This document shows, one piece after another, positions 1 through 13,239 of a DNA stretch of 64,000 nucleotides. Made by a program: the position numbers and the translations under genes. The notes beneath the pieces were generated by a model. The model did not search any database, was not told the DNA's origin, and worked only from the letters and a program-made list of their open reading frames with translations. Numbering within the stretch: position 1 is the stretch's first letter; every line of letters starts with the position of its first letter. The DNA comes from Bugula neritina (taxonomy: Eukaryota; Animalia; Bryozoa): positions 12,452,722 to 12,516,721 of the forward strand of contig OZ037766.1 in NCBI GenBank assembly GCA_964035545.1, given 5' to 3'.

Positions 1-651
1 TGAAATTATTGCTATGCCTTTACTCACCCTTTCTGCATGTTATAATAGTTGTCTTTATTTTTCTGTAGCATCTCTTAATTATTAATTAGTTTCCTTACCT
101 TTGTTATTATGTTCAGAAATAATCCTTTGTATTTCTGGCCAAATTTTATGTAAAGTATACATCATGTTGTTATTACACAGGTATGGATCTATTTTCCCCC
201 ACAAAGTTTGTTCATATCTTTAGAAATATACTACGTTTTACTTCAACCTTCCCTTTAAAATTGTTACCAATTCATTGATTTTTTCTAGCCTCCGTTATAT
301 AAAACAAGTTTGTAACTGTTCCTTGGTTCTTTGCATTAACTCCCTCTACCTAGTGTAATTGACACTGAGAGAACATCTGATTTTTCCTGTCACGAATCCC
401 GTAACTTTACTTTTTTCTATTCATGCAGCTCACAAATGGATTTTAGCCTTTATCCTGAAATATCTATTCTCAGCTGGCACTTGTCAGCATCTTTGATAGG
501 TTAAAGCTATACTGAGTGTTCTACGTTGAGATTCATGCATCAGGAAAATAAAATCAATGTTGTATAAATATTAAGAATTTTGGAGATATTGTTTCCAAAG
601 ATTTTTGATAAAAGGTTATTTAGTTGTAAAGTTTTTCTAAATTATATTCAG

Positions 652-3600
652 ATGGGATGTTGTGAAAGAGAAAATACTGAAATTAGTCCAGCAATCAAAT
701 GGATATTGTTCACCTTTAATATTGTCTTTTGGGTAAGTAAATTTTGTCGCTTATTGTTCGAAAGGTTTCCTTTTTTATTTTACTGTGTGTATAGTACAGG
801 TAGCATCAGAGTGTATAAAAATGCTTCCCAACTGCTGATGGCCAATATATTTTTTGACAACAAAACTTTTTGAATTTATGTTACAACTATAAAAGGCCTG
901 AAACTTGGTATTTTAAATAGCTGACTAGGCTCACTACTACCATACGCTTATGGAGCTGCTGAGATAACAAGCTTGGCTCACTGTCCAACCAACTCTATAT
1001 CTTTCTTTTACTGTTTGGCTAAACAAAACGCAATTATTGCTAGCTCAACTTTACTTAAGCATTAAAATTTGAGTTAATGTATTCATAGAAAGTCTTTTGC
1101 AAATTAGCAAATTTATCTTGCCTTCTATTCAAATAACATTTTTAATATTTTTTGATGCAGTTCAATATTATAATTTTAAATTATAAAAGATTGCTCAAGT
1201 TTAATATAAAATACAATACATTGCATTTAATTTTTTAGCATAACCTGAAATTCTACTCCTATTTTCTATATTCTAGGTGATCAGTATATTGATAATAGCG
1301 GTTGGTATATGGGGATATGTTTTGACCAAGGAACTGAACACCAACAATGGCACTGCTGCACAAGAGAAGGATATATTTGACATCTTGTTTGACATAACTA
1401 TAGTAATTATGGCATTTGGTTCTTTGGTGTTTACGATAACATTTTTTGGAGCAATTGGAGCCCTACGTGAAAATATTTGCTTGTTAAGAACTGTAAGTTA
1501 TAACCAATTCTTAAATATGACTTTCATCAATTCACTTTTGTTAAATGTTAAGTTATATATTTTTCTTGTTCTTTCTTTGTTTTTTTTTGTGCGTACACTG
1601 AACGTTAAAGTATAATGTAAAAACCATCTGTTTAGTTTATGTAATCATATATTTTTCCTGAAATAGACCTCATTACAAGTGAAAGAATAGATATCGTTTT
1701 GAGATTTAAAACTGCTATGTATAAAGTTTTCTCTCTCTTTACAAAAGTTAGTAACTATTGGTCTGTGATTTGAGCATTTAGACAGAGTAGCTAATAATAA
1801 GTTTGTAACTTATTTTCCTGCTTGTTAATTAAATATTTATTCTAGAAATTAGTTCACAATTATTGGTTATAATTAAAAACAGTTTTTGGGCATTTTAAAA
1901 TCCATATACTCATGTGCTTTTAAAGGTGTGCCATTATTTTTTATTTCTCATTTGTTTAGTACGCTGTGTTTCTCGGAATCGTATTCGTGGCGGAAATTTC
2001 TCTTGCGATAGTAATACTTTCTTCACCCCAGAAGGTGAAAAGTAGCCTCAGAGATATACTACAGATGGAAGCCATTGAGGATTATAGAGATGCTGATATC
2101 AATCGCAGAAATGTGATTGATTGGTTTCAAGAAACGGTGGGTAAAAATAAATGCTGGATATAAATTATCATAATAAATGAAGACACGTTATATATTAATG
2201 TTAAAGCATGATTCCACTTTGTTAGTTTATTATATACATAGGATAGTGGAATTATTCCATAAGCAGCTCCGAATTAGAGGTGACTGAGTACAGTAGTTTG
2301 GGATTTTCGAGCTTAGGGGGGGTTTAAGTTGGAACTTAGAACCCCCAACTCCAAGCTCGAGAGTCTCCAACTATTGCCTTCAGTCACCCCCAACTCGGAG
2401 CTGCTTATAGAATGATTTGAGCTAGTGTGCCAATACCCCGCTTAGATTCATTTTTTATGTTTATAGTTTGAGTGTTGTGGCATTGGTGAAGAAGGGTATA
2501 AGTCGTGGGAGAACAACCGCTATTTCTCCTGTTCAGGCCCAGGATTTGAAGCATGCTCAGTGCCGCATTCCTGTTGTAGAGAGGAGTTTAGAGTTCTCAC
2601 AACTCGCTGCGGTGAAGGAATGCTGAACCCCGCTCTCACTGTAAGCTCAGTCGTTTTACTAAGTCAGTCAAAACTTTTTAAATGGTTCACCCACACGGCA
2701 GTTTTCTATATTATACTATGCCTTAAATTCACAATAATTTTACTTTAGTAACTTAGTCCTGAAGGAACCAAAATTATGTGAATTTAGCTGCAAATGTAAA
2801 AGTTGCAACCAAACAAAACTTGTTATTCTGAAGGCTAACAAATGTTTTCCTGAATATTATTTAATGTTATTACAGTAATAGTATTTGTTATATGGAGTCA
2901 AACATTATAATTATGGTAGTAAATGATCTGTCGTTCCCAATGCATCAGTTTGCATTGAAAAAAAGCATACATCTAAGGTAGAGGGTTTGATACATTAGCT
3001 TTAATATTTAGTGTAGTTGTAACGCAGGCACTTTACAATCCATTAGCCATGCTAATAAAATCTTCAGTAACATGTTACGTTTTGTGTAATCTCTAAAATT
3101 GCATCAATATCACTATTATACTTGCAGCATTATAACATTTCAATAGTTCGAGTTTGGTGGACACCTCTCATATATTCTATCTATGACTTAATGATTACTC
3201 TAGCTAATACTGGCAGGAGTTGCTGTCCCTTTTAGTACTGTTGCCAAGTATGGCTTTACAAAACCTGTACACAACTGTTGCTATATTACTATTCATATAT
3301 TAACACTAAGGGCACTTTCTAGATTTTTAAAAGTTCATTATTTTCATTGTGCCATTTTGACGAAACATATTATTACTGTGACAGTTTTCGTTTCTTGAAC
3401 TATAATGGCCTTTCTAAAAATTAATCTTCTATCTCTAAGTAATATAATATGTAATATTGCTTGGTCTATAAGAAGGCCTCAGTGAATAATGATTTAAAAT
3501 AATGATACATTACTGTAATATATACGAGTAACTTTCCATATATTTATTGTTTAATTTCATTTATGGTTTTGGTATTACAGCGAGCTGAGGCGTCCCAGAC

Positions 3601-3864
3601 AATATATACTGTAGGATGTGTGGATGCTGCCTTTCAGTATGCTAGAGATAATACTCTTCTTATAGGAGGGATTTCCCTGGTTGTAGTAATTCCCCAGGTT
3701 TGTAGTATGAAAATGTGACGCGTGCTTGAAATTAGTTTTTAATTCGCTGTCACCGATTTTCTCAATTTTGCTAACCAACCTTTTTCTTGTATTTTTAGGT
3801 ACTCGGGATTGCACTAGCAATCAGTCTTTCAAGGCAAATCAGTCGTCATAGAAAACTAAGATAA
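652..3864 (+). CDS. Tetraspanin, TspanC8 subfamily (TSPAN5/14/17/33-like), copy 1; 6 coding exons
   Basis: Exons 652-732, 1277-1492, 1960-2136, 2467-2640, 3581-3697, 3799-3864; all introns GT-AG, phase 0, frame continuous. Four TM segments, GAIGALREN after TM2, and a large loop with CCG, NRYFSC, ACSVPHSCC, TRCG and VGC (8 Cys). Confidence 0.92.
2251..2416. mobile_element. Fold-back (MITE-like) element in intron 3 of tetraspanin copy 1
   Basis: ATTATTCCATAAGCAGCTCCGAATTAGAGGTGACTGA is an imperfect reverse complement of TCAGTCACCCCCAACTCGGAGCTGCTTATAGAATGAT; pairing continues nearly to the centre. No clear TSD. Confidence 0.65.
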
Positions 3865-4486
3865 ATATAACTTGCATTTTGCAACTCATGACAATCAAAT
3901 AATATTTAGATGCAACGCTAACGTTTCTCCCTACTCAATTTTATACTTACACAATTTAGTAAAGTTTTTATTACACCTATTCACTTTTTAGCATACAATT
4001 TTCCTATTTTATATGCAAACAATCAGATTGAATTTAAATGCAATACTAACATTCCTACTCACTCAATTATACTATATACTATCGTGTATGTTCTTAAAAT
4101 TTAGTAATTTTTTACACACATTTTATGTTTTTTTTACTAATACTTTTCTCTTATTTACTGTGATGTTGCACTTTTGAAATGTTCTCAAAGTTGCATTATT
4201 TTAACTCTTTTGAATAGTTTAGTATTCATTTTCAGACAAGCCCATCTTATATTTAATGCATGGAGTTTATACTTGATTTTTATAAATATATAATAATTTG
4301 CAAAATATCAAATTTGTTTCTAAAAATGTCTTTCTACAAAAGGGAACATTTTCTACTGTTTTGATGGTTTTATCTCAAGTCAAATAATTTAAAAACAACA
4401 GTTCGAATATGCTTACAGGAGTCTACATACAAATTGAGTTTCACCAAAATAGTCAGTATTATGCATGTGGGTGTGTGCGTACCTCT

Positions 4487-4535
4487 ATTTGTGCGTAGCA
4501 GCTGTTTTGGGATTTGTCCCCTCATCAGCACAGAA
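4487..4535 (-). ncRNA. Degenerate type-I hammerhead-ribozyme-like motif
   Basis: Minus strand reads TGTG-CTGATGA-GGGGACAAATCCC-AAAA-CAGCTG...CACA. The CUGAUGA box, stem II and palindromic stem III are present, but GAAA is AAAA and the cleavage triplet is disrupted. Confidence 0.4.
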
Positions 4536-5667
4536 TTGAGTACCATGACCCATACTTTCGCAATATATGAAACTAATTCTTCCATTAAAGCCTATTTAAA
4601 AAGTGTATAAACTCAAGCCAAAGAGTTCGAGTAACTCTCTAGGAGACTTGCATAGTGCTGAAGCAAAGTAGCCATTTCTTTAGCCTAGCTGTTGCAGCAA
4701 TTTTTGAAAAGGAAAAGTCCTCTATATATTTCTCTGTAGTTATTTATTAATCTGCTTAATTGCCCTTCCTAGTATTTATGCCACCTGTTTGATTCTAACA
4801 GACACTAGCTGATGTAAAACTGTTGCACACCTACGTCATACCATCCATGTGGATTTATATGACTATCATATGAAATTATTTTGGGAGTTTAAGAAAATCC
4901 AAGACTCAATATTATGCTACTGCAGAGCACAGCAACTCATGGTAGTTTGATGAGAGACACTATATCTGATTTAGTTATACACACTATCTAATATTTTCTA
5001 ATTACCACATTCACACGCACACAATGTACACTGCACGCAATTTCTATTATAAGCAAAAATGCTGCAATAAAAAAAGTTGGAGAAATTGCTTCATTTTGCA
5101 GAGATCATACTATTGTAAAATTGTAATTGTTCAACACAAGCAGAATTGGCTATCATATGTCAATTACACTATATTTGATAAGCGTTGCACAAAACTCAAG
5201 ATAACTAACAACTTGTCTGCTTAACACAAATATTAGCAGTGATAAAGCGTGCACACATTGTAATATTATATTCTTTTTATCGCAGATAGGCAGGCTTAGA
5301 TTTTAAAATCTAATATGAACACGAACGTATTAAAATAATATTATCTCAAAGCGATTACGGAAAAGTAGGGAAGATGACTTCAGCGTCTCAACTTCCCTTG
5401 ACATTTATGCCTGGCCAGTTATTGCTTCGATAAAACTACAATCATAAGTTGATTGTAGTTAGGCGCGGTTGTTATGCAATTTTCAGCCTTGTAACGGAAA
5501 TAGTAATTGATCAAGCAAGCTATCGCAGGTGCTTCCTCTTTTCGTATTCGTACCACTACCAGTCACCGAATCATTATCCTATTATTCCTTGTCCATCTCG
5601 TGACATTTACTTTGAACCTGTTTTAACAATTCACAGTTGTTATAAATGATATTGCTATTTACAAAAT

Positions 5668-8600
5668 ATGGGCTCAAGTTCGTCTAAAGCTCAAACTAGA
5701 AGTTCTGGCCAACGTGAAAGAGGACGTGGTCGTCTTGGAGATGTTAACAGAAAAGAAAGAAGGGATGAAACCTTTGTTAGTCCGTGGGTGAAATGGCTCA
5801 TGTTTTCATTCAACATGCTTTTTTGGGTTAGTTGCTTTGCTGGTTTTTTTTTTTCATAAATATGCGACACGGCTAGTAAAACATTAAATGTAGAACACAA
5901 GACTAGATTTATTTTAATCATTTACTGATTTAGTGATTTAGTTTTACATTATCATACGCATAGCAGTCACGACAAGCCAATACCCAGTAGCCACATACCA
6001 AATCTCTTTCAGTAGGACTATTATTATGAGTAGCACCTCCACTATTAGTATCACTATGAGTATGTAGGCACAACAATAGCTACAATCATATGCACCTTCA
6101 ATTAAAGCCATTTTATCAAGTCAAAATTCCAACTCCGACAACAATGATAAAAGTCAAGCAGCTATTTGATTTGATTTTACTCCGGCCAGTAAAAATTGGA
6201 TTTGGTAAGAGTCGCATCGAGCAATATAAAGAACAGTGTTGGTTTCAGTTTAAAACTAAAATTTATTTTAGCCAATAACTAGTTTGCCAATGTCAAACAA
6301 CCATTATAATTATAAGAGCTAAATTATTTATGTAATTATAATAATGCTTATATTATAGTTGTAAAGTTATTACTGAGAAATTTAATAATCAGCAATTTAG
6401 TTTGAGTATTTCTTATTAAACTGCTATGAAATCTGTATAGTTTAACGTAGACATCATTCTCTGTTGCTAGTTTAAATATATAAATTGTTTTAATAAGGCT
6501 GCAATGATTTGAAACCAGTAATTATGAAATTAAGCCATAATTTGTAGTGTTTTTTTTTAAAGGAGAAGTTTAAGTTTAAAGAAAAATAATGGCTTCTTTG
6601 GTAATACTGATAGAACCCTACTTCAAATGAACATTTGAACTAAGATGTAGTTGTTAGCATGTGGTGTGGTAAATCATTCATTACTTAAATTATTTTGCAA
6701 CACTGCATTATGAAAAAAAGTTTATTAAAGCTTGACCTAATTTGTTGAATTGGTGTTAGGTGTTGGTTAAATGCGGTTTGCCTATAGCTATTAATAGAGT
6801 TCAATAACGTCTCTTTATTATCATTATGTATAGCTGATGGCTTCTAGTTATTGTAGGAAGCTCATTTCATACACCAGTGATCACATGGAGTAGTCTTAAG
6901 TAGTATCTGTTATTAGTTGAGGAAAATATTTTACCTAACTTTATAACATGCCTATCATTATTATATTAGCATGCTCTTAGCACAATCTTCAATTGGCCCC
7001 TACTATTAGATAAAGCCTAAATTTTATCTCTCATTTAATTTTGTGTTTATTAGGGGCTGTGAAGTTAATGTGACCTAGAGGGTCATTATCGTAATTCTCC
7101 CTCCTTATGTTAAATGGTATATATGTGGCTCTTGTTTTGTTTTAGTTTGTAGATACTTACTAGATAGGTTTGCATAATAAAATGGCAAGATAAAACAGTA
7201 AAGGCATATTCAGATTACTTAGCGAATTTATTTTTATTTATATAGCTGTAACTAATCAAGTTAATGCATTAATGAAGCTCATAATGTTCTATATTGCAGT
7301 AAACAACTTTTAATATAAACAACAACAATAGAGTAGACAACTCTTAACACAAATAACCCAACAACTCTGGTTCAGCTAAAGGGTTCTAAAACAACTCAAC
7401 TTATTGTTAGGAAGTTATCCTGAAATATTTGTTTGATTACTGATTAGCATTAAATGTCAAAGTAAGTTATGTTTTGTAATTATTAATTAAAATTATTTAT
7501 CTATGGCTTTTGAACTGATGAAAAAAGCATCACGCCCAAACACCCAAATTTACTAAAAAAAATTAGGATAAAACATGAAATCAAGCAAAATAAGAAAAGA
7601 AAAACTTGATTATTCAGCGGTATTTGTTAATATTTTACCATTTTGATGCAAGTAAATGTATACACTAGCAGTTAAACTATGAAAAATCGCTAAAAACTAG
7701 GGATATGTAGTGTGTACTAAATTAGGTAAATGACCCTTACTCATAACTTTTGAACTTTCTTCAAGATTTTTTTCTACACTGGTGGATTGATGTGTAGTGG
7801 TGACAATTCCTAAAATAATATAATACTTAAAATGCTCTTTAATGATATATTACCTAGTTTTTATTTTTAATATTCAGCTTGTCTCTAAGCAGGCTGAGAA
7901 AAACGGACAATTTTAAACTTTATTTCACCCAGACAAATTACTTTTTTGTAATAAAACTCATAGTTACTTTTCATGTTCAACATTTCTCCTTTTAATAGTA
8001 TTTTGTGAGCCTTAAAATTAAAAATCTTTATTATTTATATGCATCTTAAAACTGCTCATAAACAGGAGTTGATCATTAACCATTATTTCATTGTTTAATT
8101 TCAGCTCATAAGCTGGGTGCTCATAGCCATTGGAATCTGGGCGTACTTTGCTACTCAGCAGTATAATTCTGGTCCTTCAGACACCAAATCGCTGTTTGAT
8201 GTTCTTTTTGACATATCTCTGTTATTGATCATTTTTGGATCTGTGATCTTTTTACTCGCATTCTTGGGAGCTATAGGATCATTAAGAGAAAATACGTGCT
8301 TACTCAAAACGGTAAGTTCTGTCATTTCATTTTATAGTATACAGATTGCAGTGTCTATTTAAGTCTTGTAGTTGGCATATTTAGTTAATGTGCATTTCAT
8401 AGTGTTTATCAGGATTTTGTGTTTCATTTACAAAGTGATCAAGGATAGACAATTAATTTTAATAATTACATAAGTTAAATCAAAAATTTTAGTTGGATAT
8501 AGTTTCATCTAACTTTTTTGAAATTTAAAACAAAATTAGTCTCATTTAGCTCTTTCAGTTTCATCTTGTTCTCTAATTTATAAGTTGGAGTATGAAAAAT

Positions 8601-11600
8601 TGTCTAATGTTGGAACCATAGTTTAATGTCCAGAGCCTCAGAGACTATAATACTATAAGTTACATTTAATGGTAACAAATTCTATCAATGAGTTTCACAA
8701 AGTTGCATTGACTAAGTGTAGTGGGTAGGTAGGACCTGCATGAAAGGTGGTGATTTGCGATAAAACATTTGAGTAAACATAGTGTGTTAGTTAATGCTTT
8801 TACATTCACTTCTACAATTTGTTGTTTGCAAACATCTACATAAACTTCATTATTTTATTTGCAGTTTGCAGCTTTCCTGATAATAATATTCTTGGCAGAG
8901 GTAGGAATAGTGATTACTGTGTTTGCTCTATCAGGGAAGGTCAGGTTAGAGTTGCAAGATATTCTGAAAGACGAGGCAATTCGAGACTACAGAGATAACA
9001 TCAATACACAGAATATTATTGACTGGTTCCAAGAAACGGTAAGTTAAATATGGATACAGGTAGTATGTATGTAAACATATAAATGTACTGCATATTCTGT
9101 TGTGTTTTATATATTTAGCTAGTGTAGTTGCAGACGTGATCAGGCAGTGCAGACGTTAATTCTAGTAATGCAGCATTTTGAACAAAAATGAGGTCCTATG
9201 ATTGTCTTATGTTTCAGTTTTTATCTTTCTGTTGTATTTAAAAATTTCAAGACAAACTTTCAAACTAAGATTTACAGTCAATATAATTGTTAGCCATTAG
9301 AATGTCTACGAAAGTAAAACATTTTTGTAACATAGCTAGAAGCTAATTCAGCAGTTTCTTAATTTGATTCTAAATGAGAAAACTTTCCTATTATTACACG
9401 CCTTAGCCTCGTTCCCTCAACTCCCTTTTCAATCAACTTCTATTTTGTTATAAACTTTGCTATGAAAATCGTGATAAAGAAATAAATAGTAAACAACAAA
9501 CTTTTCTTATAGGCCATAGTATTGTGATAAGTGTTCTGGTGTGATAATGATGGCGGTGCTTTAAATGAAACCAATTTTGTATGTAGGCTTGACTGAGTCT
9601 TCAAGAAATATGACACTTCCTATAATTTGGCTATTACAATAGTTATTCTAGCTAGTATGAAAAATAGGGGACTGCTTTTACCTTCAAAATGTATAATTTT
9701 GTAATTATTCTTAGTTTGATGTATAACTACACCATTGTGGTGTGGTTCATACCATCAGCCTAATTACAAATGATCAATCCTAAAAATAATTAGTAAGACA
9801 ACATCAAAAATGCATGCTATTAGTCCTAGTAGCTACTAACTTGTTAATGCATGGCTGATCACAATGAGTCAGATTGCACCTGATAGGAAATTAAAATGCA
9901 TGTTGATCATTCAATCAATGTTCAACCCCACATCACTGAAGAAGCATTCATATAAAACTAACATAAGCTTAAGTTTTTTTTTCTGTAAATCAAGAAGTTG
10001 TTGCTTGCTTGAAACTGTTGTATCTCTATTAAAAGTAGTTACACTATATTATAAGGGCCTAAAACTTATTAATTGTAGTAACGTGTTTTTTTCATGAACT
10101 TTATTCTGTTTTATTGGAAATTCATTAGGCTACACTTTTTAAAAAGAAGGTACTGTACTCAATAGAAGTGATTTCCCTTAAAGTTTCTGAATTTATTACA
10201 ATGTTGTTGCTGGCTTGTAGTTTAAGTGTTGTGGTGTGGGTTCCACCGGATATAAAGTATGGGAGGAGAATAAGTATTTCAACTGCTCCAGTCAAGGATT
10301 TGAGGCTTGCTCTGTGCCATACTCGTGCTGTATAGACCCCTACACATTCGACTCTGAGGTGGCCAACACTCGGTGTGGAGCTGGTGTTCTAGAAGACACA
10401 GTATCGGTGAGTTGTCCTCCCACAATAATAAGTAAATTGTAGTAAAGTTTCACTGAAGCATTCCTTGTGGTGCTCAACTTTGAAACAATCTGTTTCTCTA
10501 TAATGTGGTAGTTTACAATCTTATCCTAATATACTCTGGACTTGAATTTCTTTCACTTCTCAACTAAAAGCAACTACTTCTACATTATAGATTACTCTGT
10601 TTGTGAGAGATAGATGACTGCCTCAGCGCTTTTGTTTGTTGTGATCATGTTATTGTTGCAATTATTTGCACCTGAAGTTTAGAAGGGTTGATAATGAAAA
10701 ATGATTTTTTAATGTTTAACTAGTCATAATCTAGATGTGTAGAAGTTTGCATTCTTTACAGCACTGGATAGTGATAAACTTAAACAGGCTTTTACACATT
10801 TCCAACGATGATTTTATTAGTTAGTTTTGCTGGCAGTTAATTTCACAAAACAATGATGAAATAGGCACTATCTGTGTCAGGAAAATATTTTGGGCCAAGT
10901 AGGAAATTTAAGCCTTAAACTGATATTATTTTGGTCACTTTAACATGCATTTTCAAATTAACCTAACCCGTCATGATGAATATGTGTACTTTCTTTCTGA
11001 AATTGATTTGCCGGCAAGTGTTATAAAACTATTGAACTTGTTTACAGCAAGCCGAAGCAGCTGCCATTATACACACTAATGGCTGTGTAGACGCTGCTAT
11101 TCAGACTGCTAAAGACAACATGTTTTTAATTGGAGGTATTGGCGTTGGCATTGTTATACCACAGGTAAGCTCATTTACTTGTGCAGAAGATGGTGCAAAT
11201 AATTTCTCAGGTGTCTTAAATAGTTTTTGTTGTTGTCGAGTATCAAGTAGCTTTATACATTTTGTTGTTTTGATTATTTTATTACAGTGTTTTGGGAAAT
11301 ACTGTTTGAAGAAATATTGCAATAGTTTTGAAAATAATGCTCTTTGAAAAGGGTTGAGATTTAATTTCCAAGTTTTGTCAGCTTTTGTTTATATATATGT
11401 ATACGCTGATGTCTATTAAGTGATATAGCCAGTCTCTTTTTATGGTTGATCAAATGGCATCAGAATAATGCCTAGCTGAAATAAATTTATAAAAAAGTGC
11501 TACACAACATAAATTAGTCTTTTGTGTTACATCATGAGCTTCTCTTTCGGCATTTTTGCAGATTGCAGAATGAGTTTGTGTGTGTTTTCATGTAGTACGT

Positions 11601-11716
11601 TGCATTTTTTCTATGTTCTCATATTTTATGCTACTGTTTTACAGCTTTTGGGAATACTGTTGGCAAAAATACTATGGAGTCAAATAGAGGATCAAAAAGC
11701 TCGTTGGGGGGCATAA
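5668..11716 (+). CDS. Tetraspanin, TspanC8 subfamily, copy 2; 6 coding exons
   Basis: Exons 5668-5826, 8105-8311, 8865-9038, 10221-10406, 11048-11164, 11645-11716; same phase-0 intron positions as copy 1. Large loop has [22 protein letters not shown] and NGC (8 Cys). Confidence 0.93.
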
Positions 11717-13120
11717 CTCCCGACTAAAATAAAGTATACATACTTACCTAAACTTGCATCGTTTTTATATCTTTTTCCTGTCTACAGAAACAAATTATAT
11801 TACATATTGCATTACATTGAAGTTCATTTTATAGTGTTTTGTAATTATTTTTAAGTTTATAGTATTTTTACTTTAGCATTTCCTAATTATCTCCACTTCA
11901 TATTTATTTAGTACTTACTTCAATGAATTCTGGCGTTTTTGAAAAGTGTATTAACTTTATTTCTAGGTGCATACTGTTGATCTATCATGTAAGTGTGTTA
12001 TAAGATGTTTATCATTCTTATTTTACAATAAATTCAACTTATTTACTATGCCACCAATACAATAAAAAGATTATATTATAAGCCTAATTTTATGATGTTC
12101 TAATATTAATAGCACTATTGAACTATTGAGTGCATTGTCAGCTCTGTCTGATAGCTGCAAACAAAATTTCACATTCTTCATTAGAGGTGCAAATATTGCT
12201 TTATTGTTTAAAGTTGACATTTGATTTAGTTTGCAGTAAATATAGTGCACATGTATTACAAAAGCTGAAAGCATAATATAACTACTAATATTACAATGTA
12301 TAAACATGCTATCATTAATTGAACTTCCAAAATATTTGTGGCCATAAAAATTAGTTTTGTGTTTTCAGAGCTGTCTGTAGTTATGTAAAAAATAACACCA
12401 TTTATTTAAAAGTTTTACATATTTATAAAAGATATCTTTTATTTATTTAATAAATAAACTTTTTATACATAGATGTTCATCATTGTATCCAAAACTTACC
12501 ATGAACTACAACTTCCATTAACACGATGCTAAGCTGTAGGTATGAAAAAATGAAACTCTCTATTATCAATTATGTTATTTAGAGTTTAGCTTTAATTTAA
12601 ACTTTATAATTGTTGAAACAAATAAGAATTTTAAAAGTTACTTATAGCAATGAGAAGGACTAACAGGCTTTTTATCGTCTACTAAATTAACTACAGAGTT
12701 GTCTTTTCGTAAACAACTAGTATCGATTCTATAATTATATCCTCGACTTCGTACCTGTGCTCAGTGAGTCCGCTTTAGTAGTTGCATGTACGATTGGCAA
12801 TTATAAAATGTACAAATGCATATTAATTCACTTTTACCTGCGAGGTCTATATTTTGCGCTGCATCTCTAAGAAATCCGTGTCATCACTCATAGTTATGGA
12901 CTATCAAGTCTGATAGGCTACATACTGTTGTGATTTTGTGGATTATAAGAATAGACTAGTAGTCTGCATGCCAGTTATTGTGAGAGAAATAAAGAGTCTT
13001 GATTAAAATGAATCTATGAGTATTTATTTCTTCTGACTGCTTCGAGCTCCAGTACAAGAATTAATTAACTTTGAAAAGCTTCGCACTTATATAGGGGGGA
13101 ATTCCCGCCACTAATGAGGG

Positions 13121-13239
13121 GCCGAAACTCGTGCGAACGTCGGGGTTCCGCCGACCGACATCGGAGGGAGTACTGCCCAATCTCGGGCAGGTCCCTCCGA
13201 CATCGTGTCTTCGGTCTCCGACTTCGCACGAGTCTCGGC
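13121..13239. repeat. GC-rich ~120-bp inverted repeat / long hairpin
   Basis: GCCGAAACTCGTGCGAA...TTCGCACGAGTCTCGGC, with inner stems TCGGAGGGA/TCCCTCCGA and CTGCCC/GGGCAG. Confidence 0.75.
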
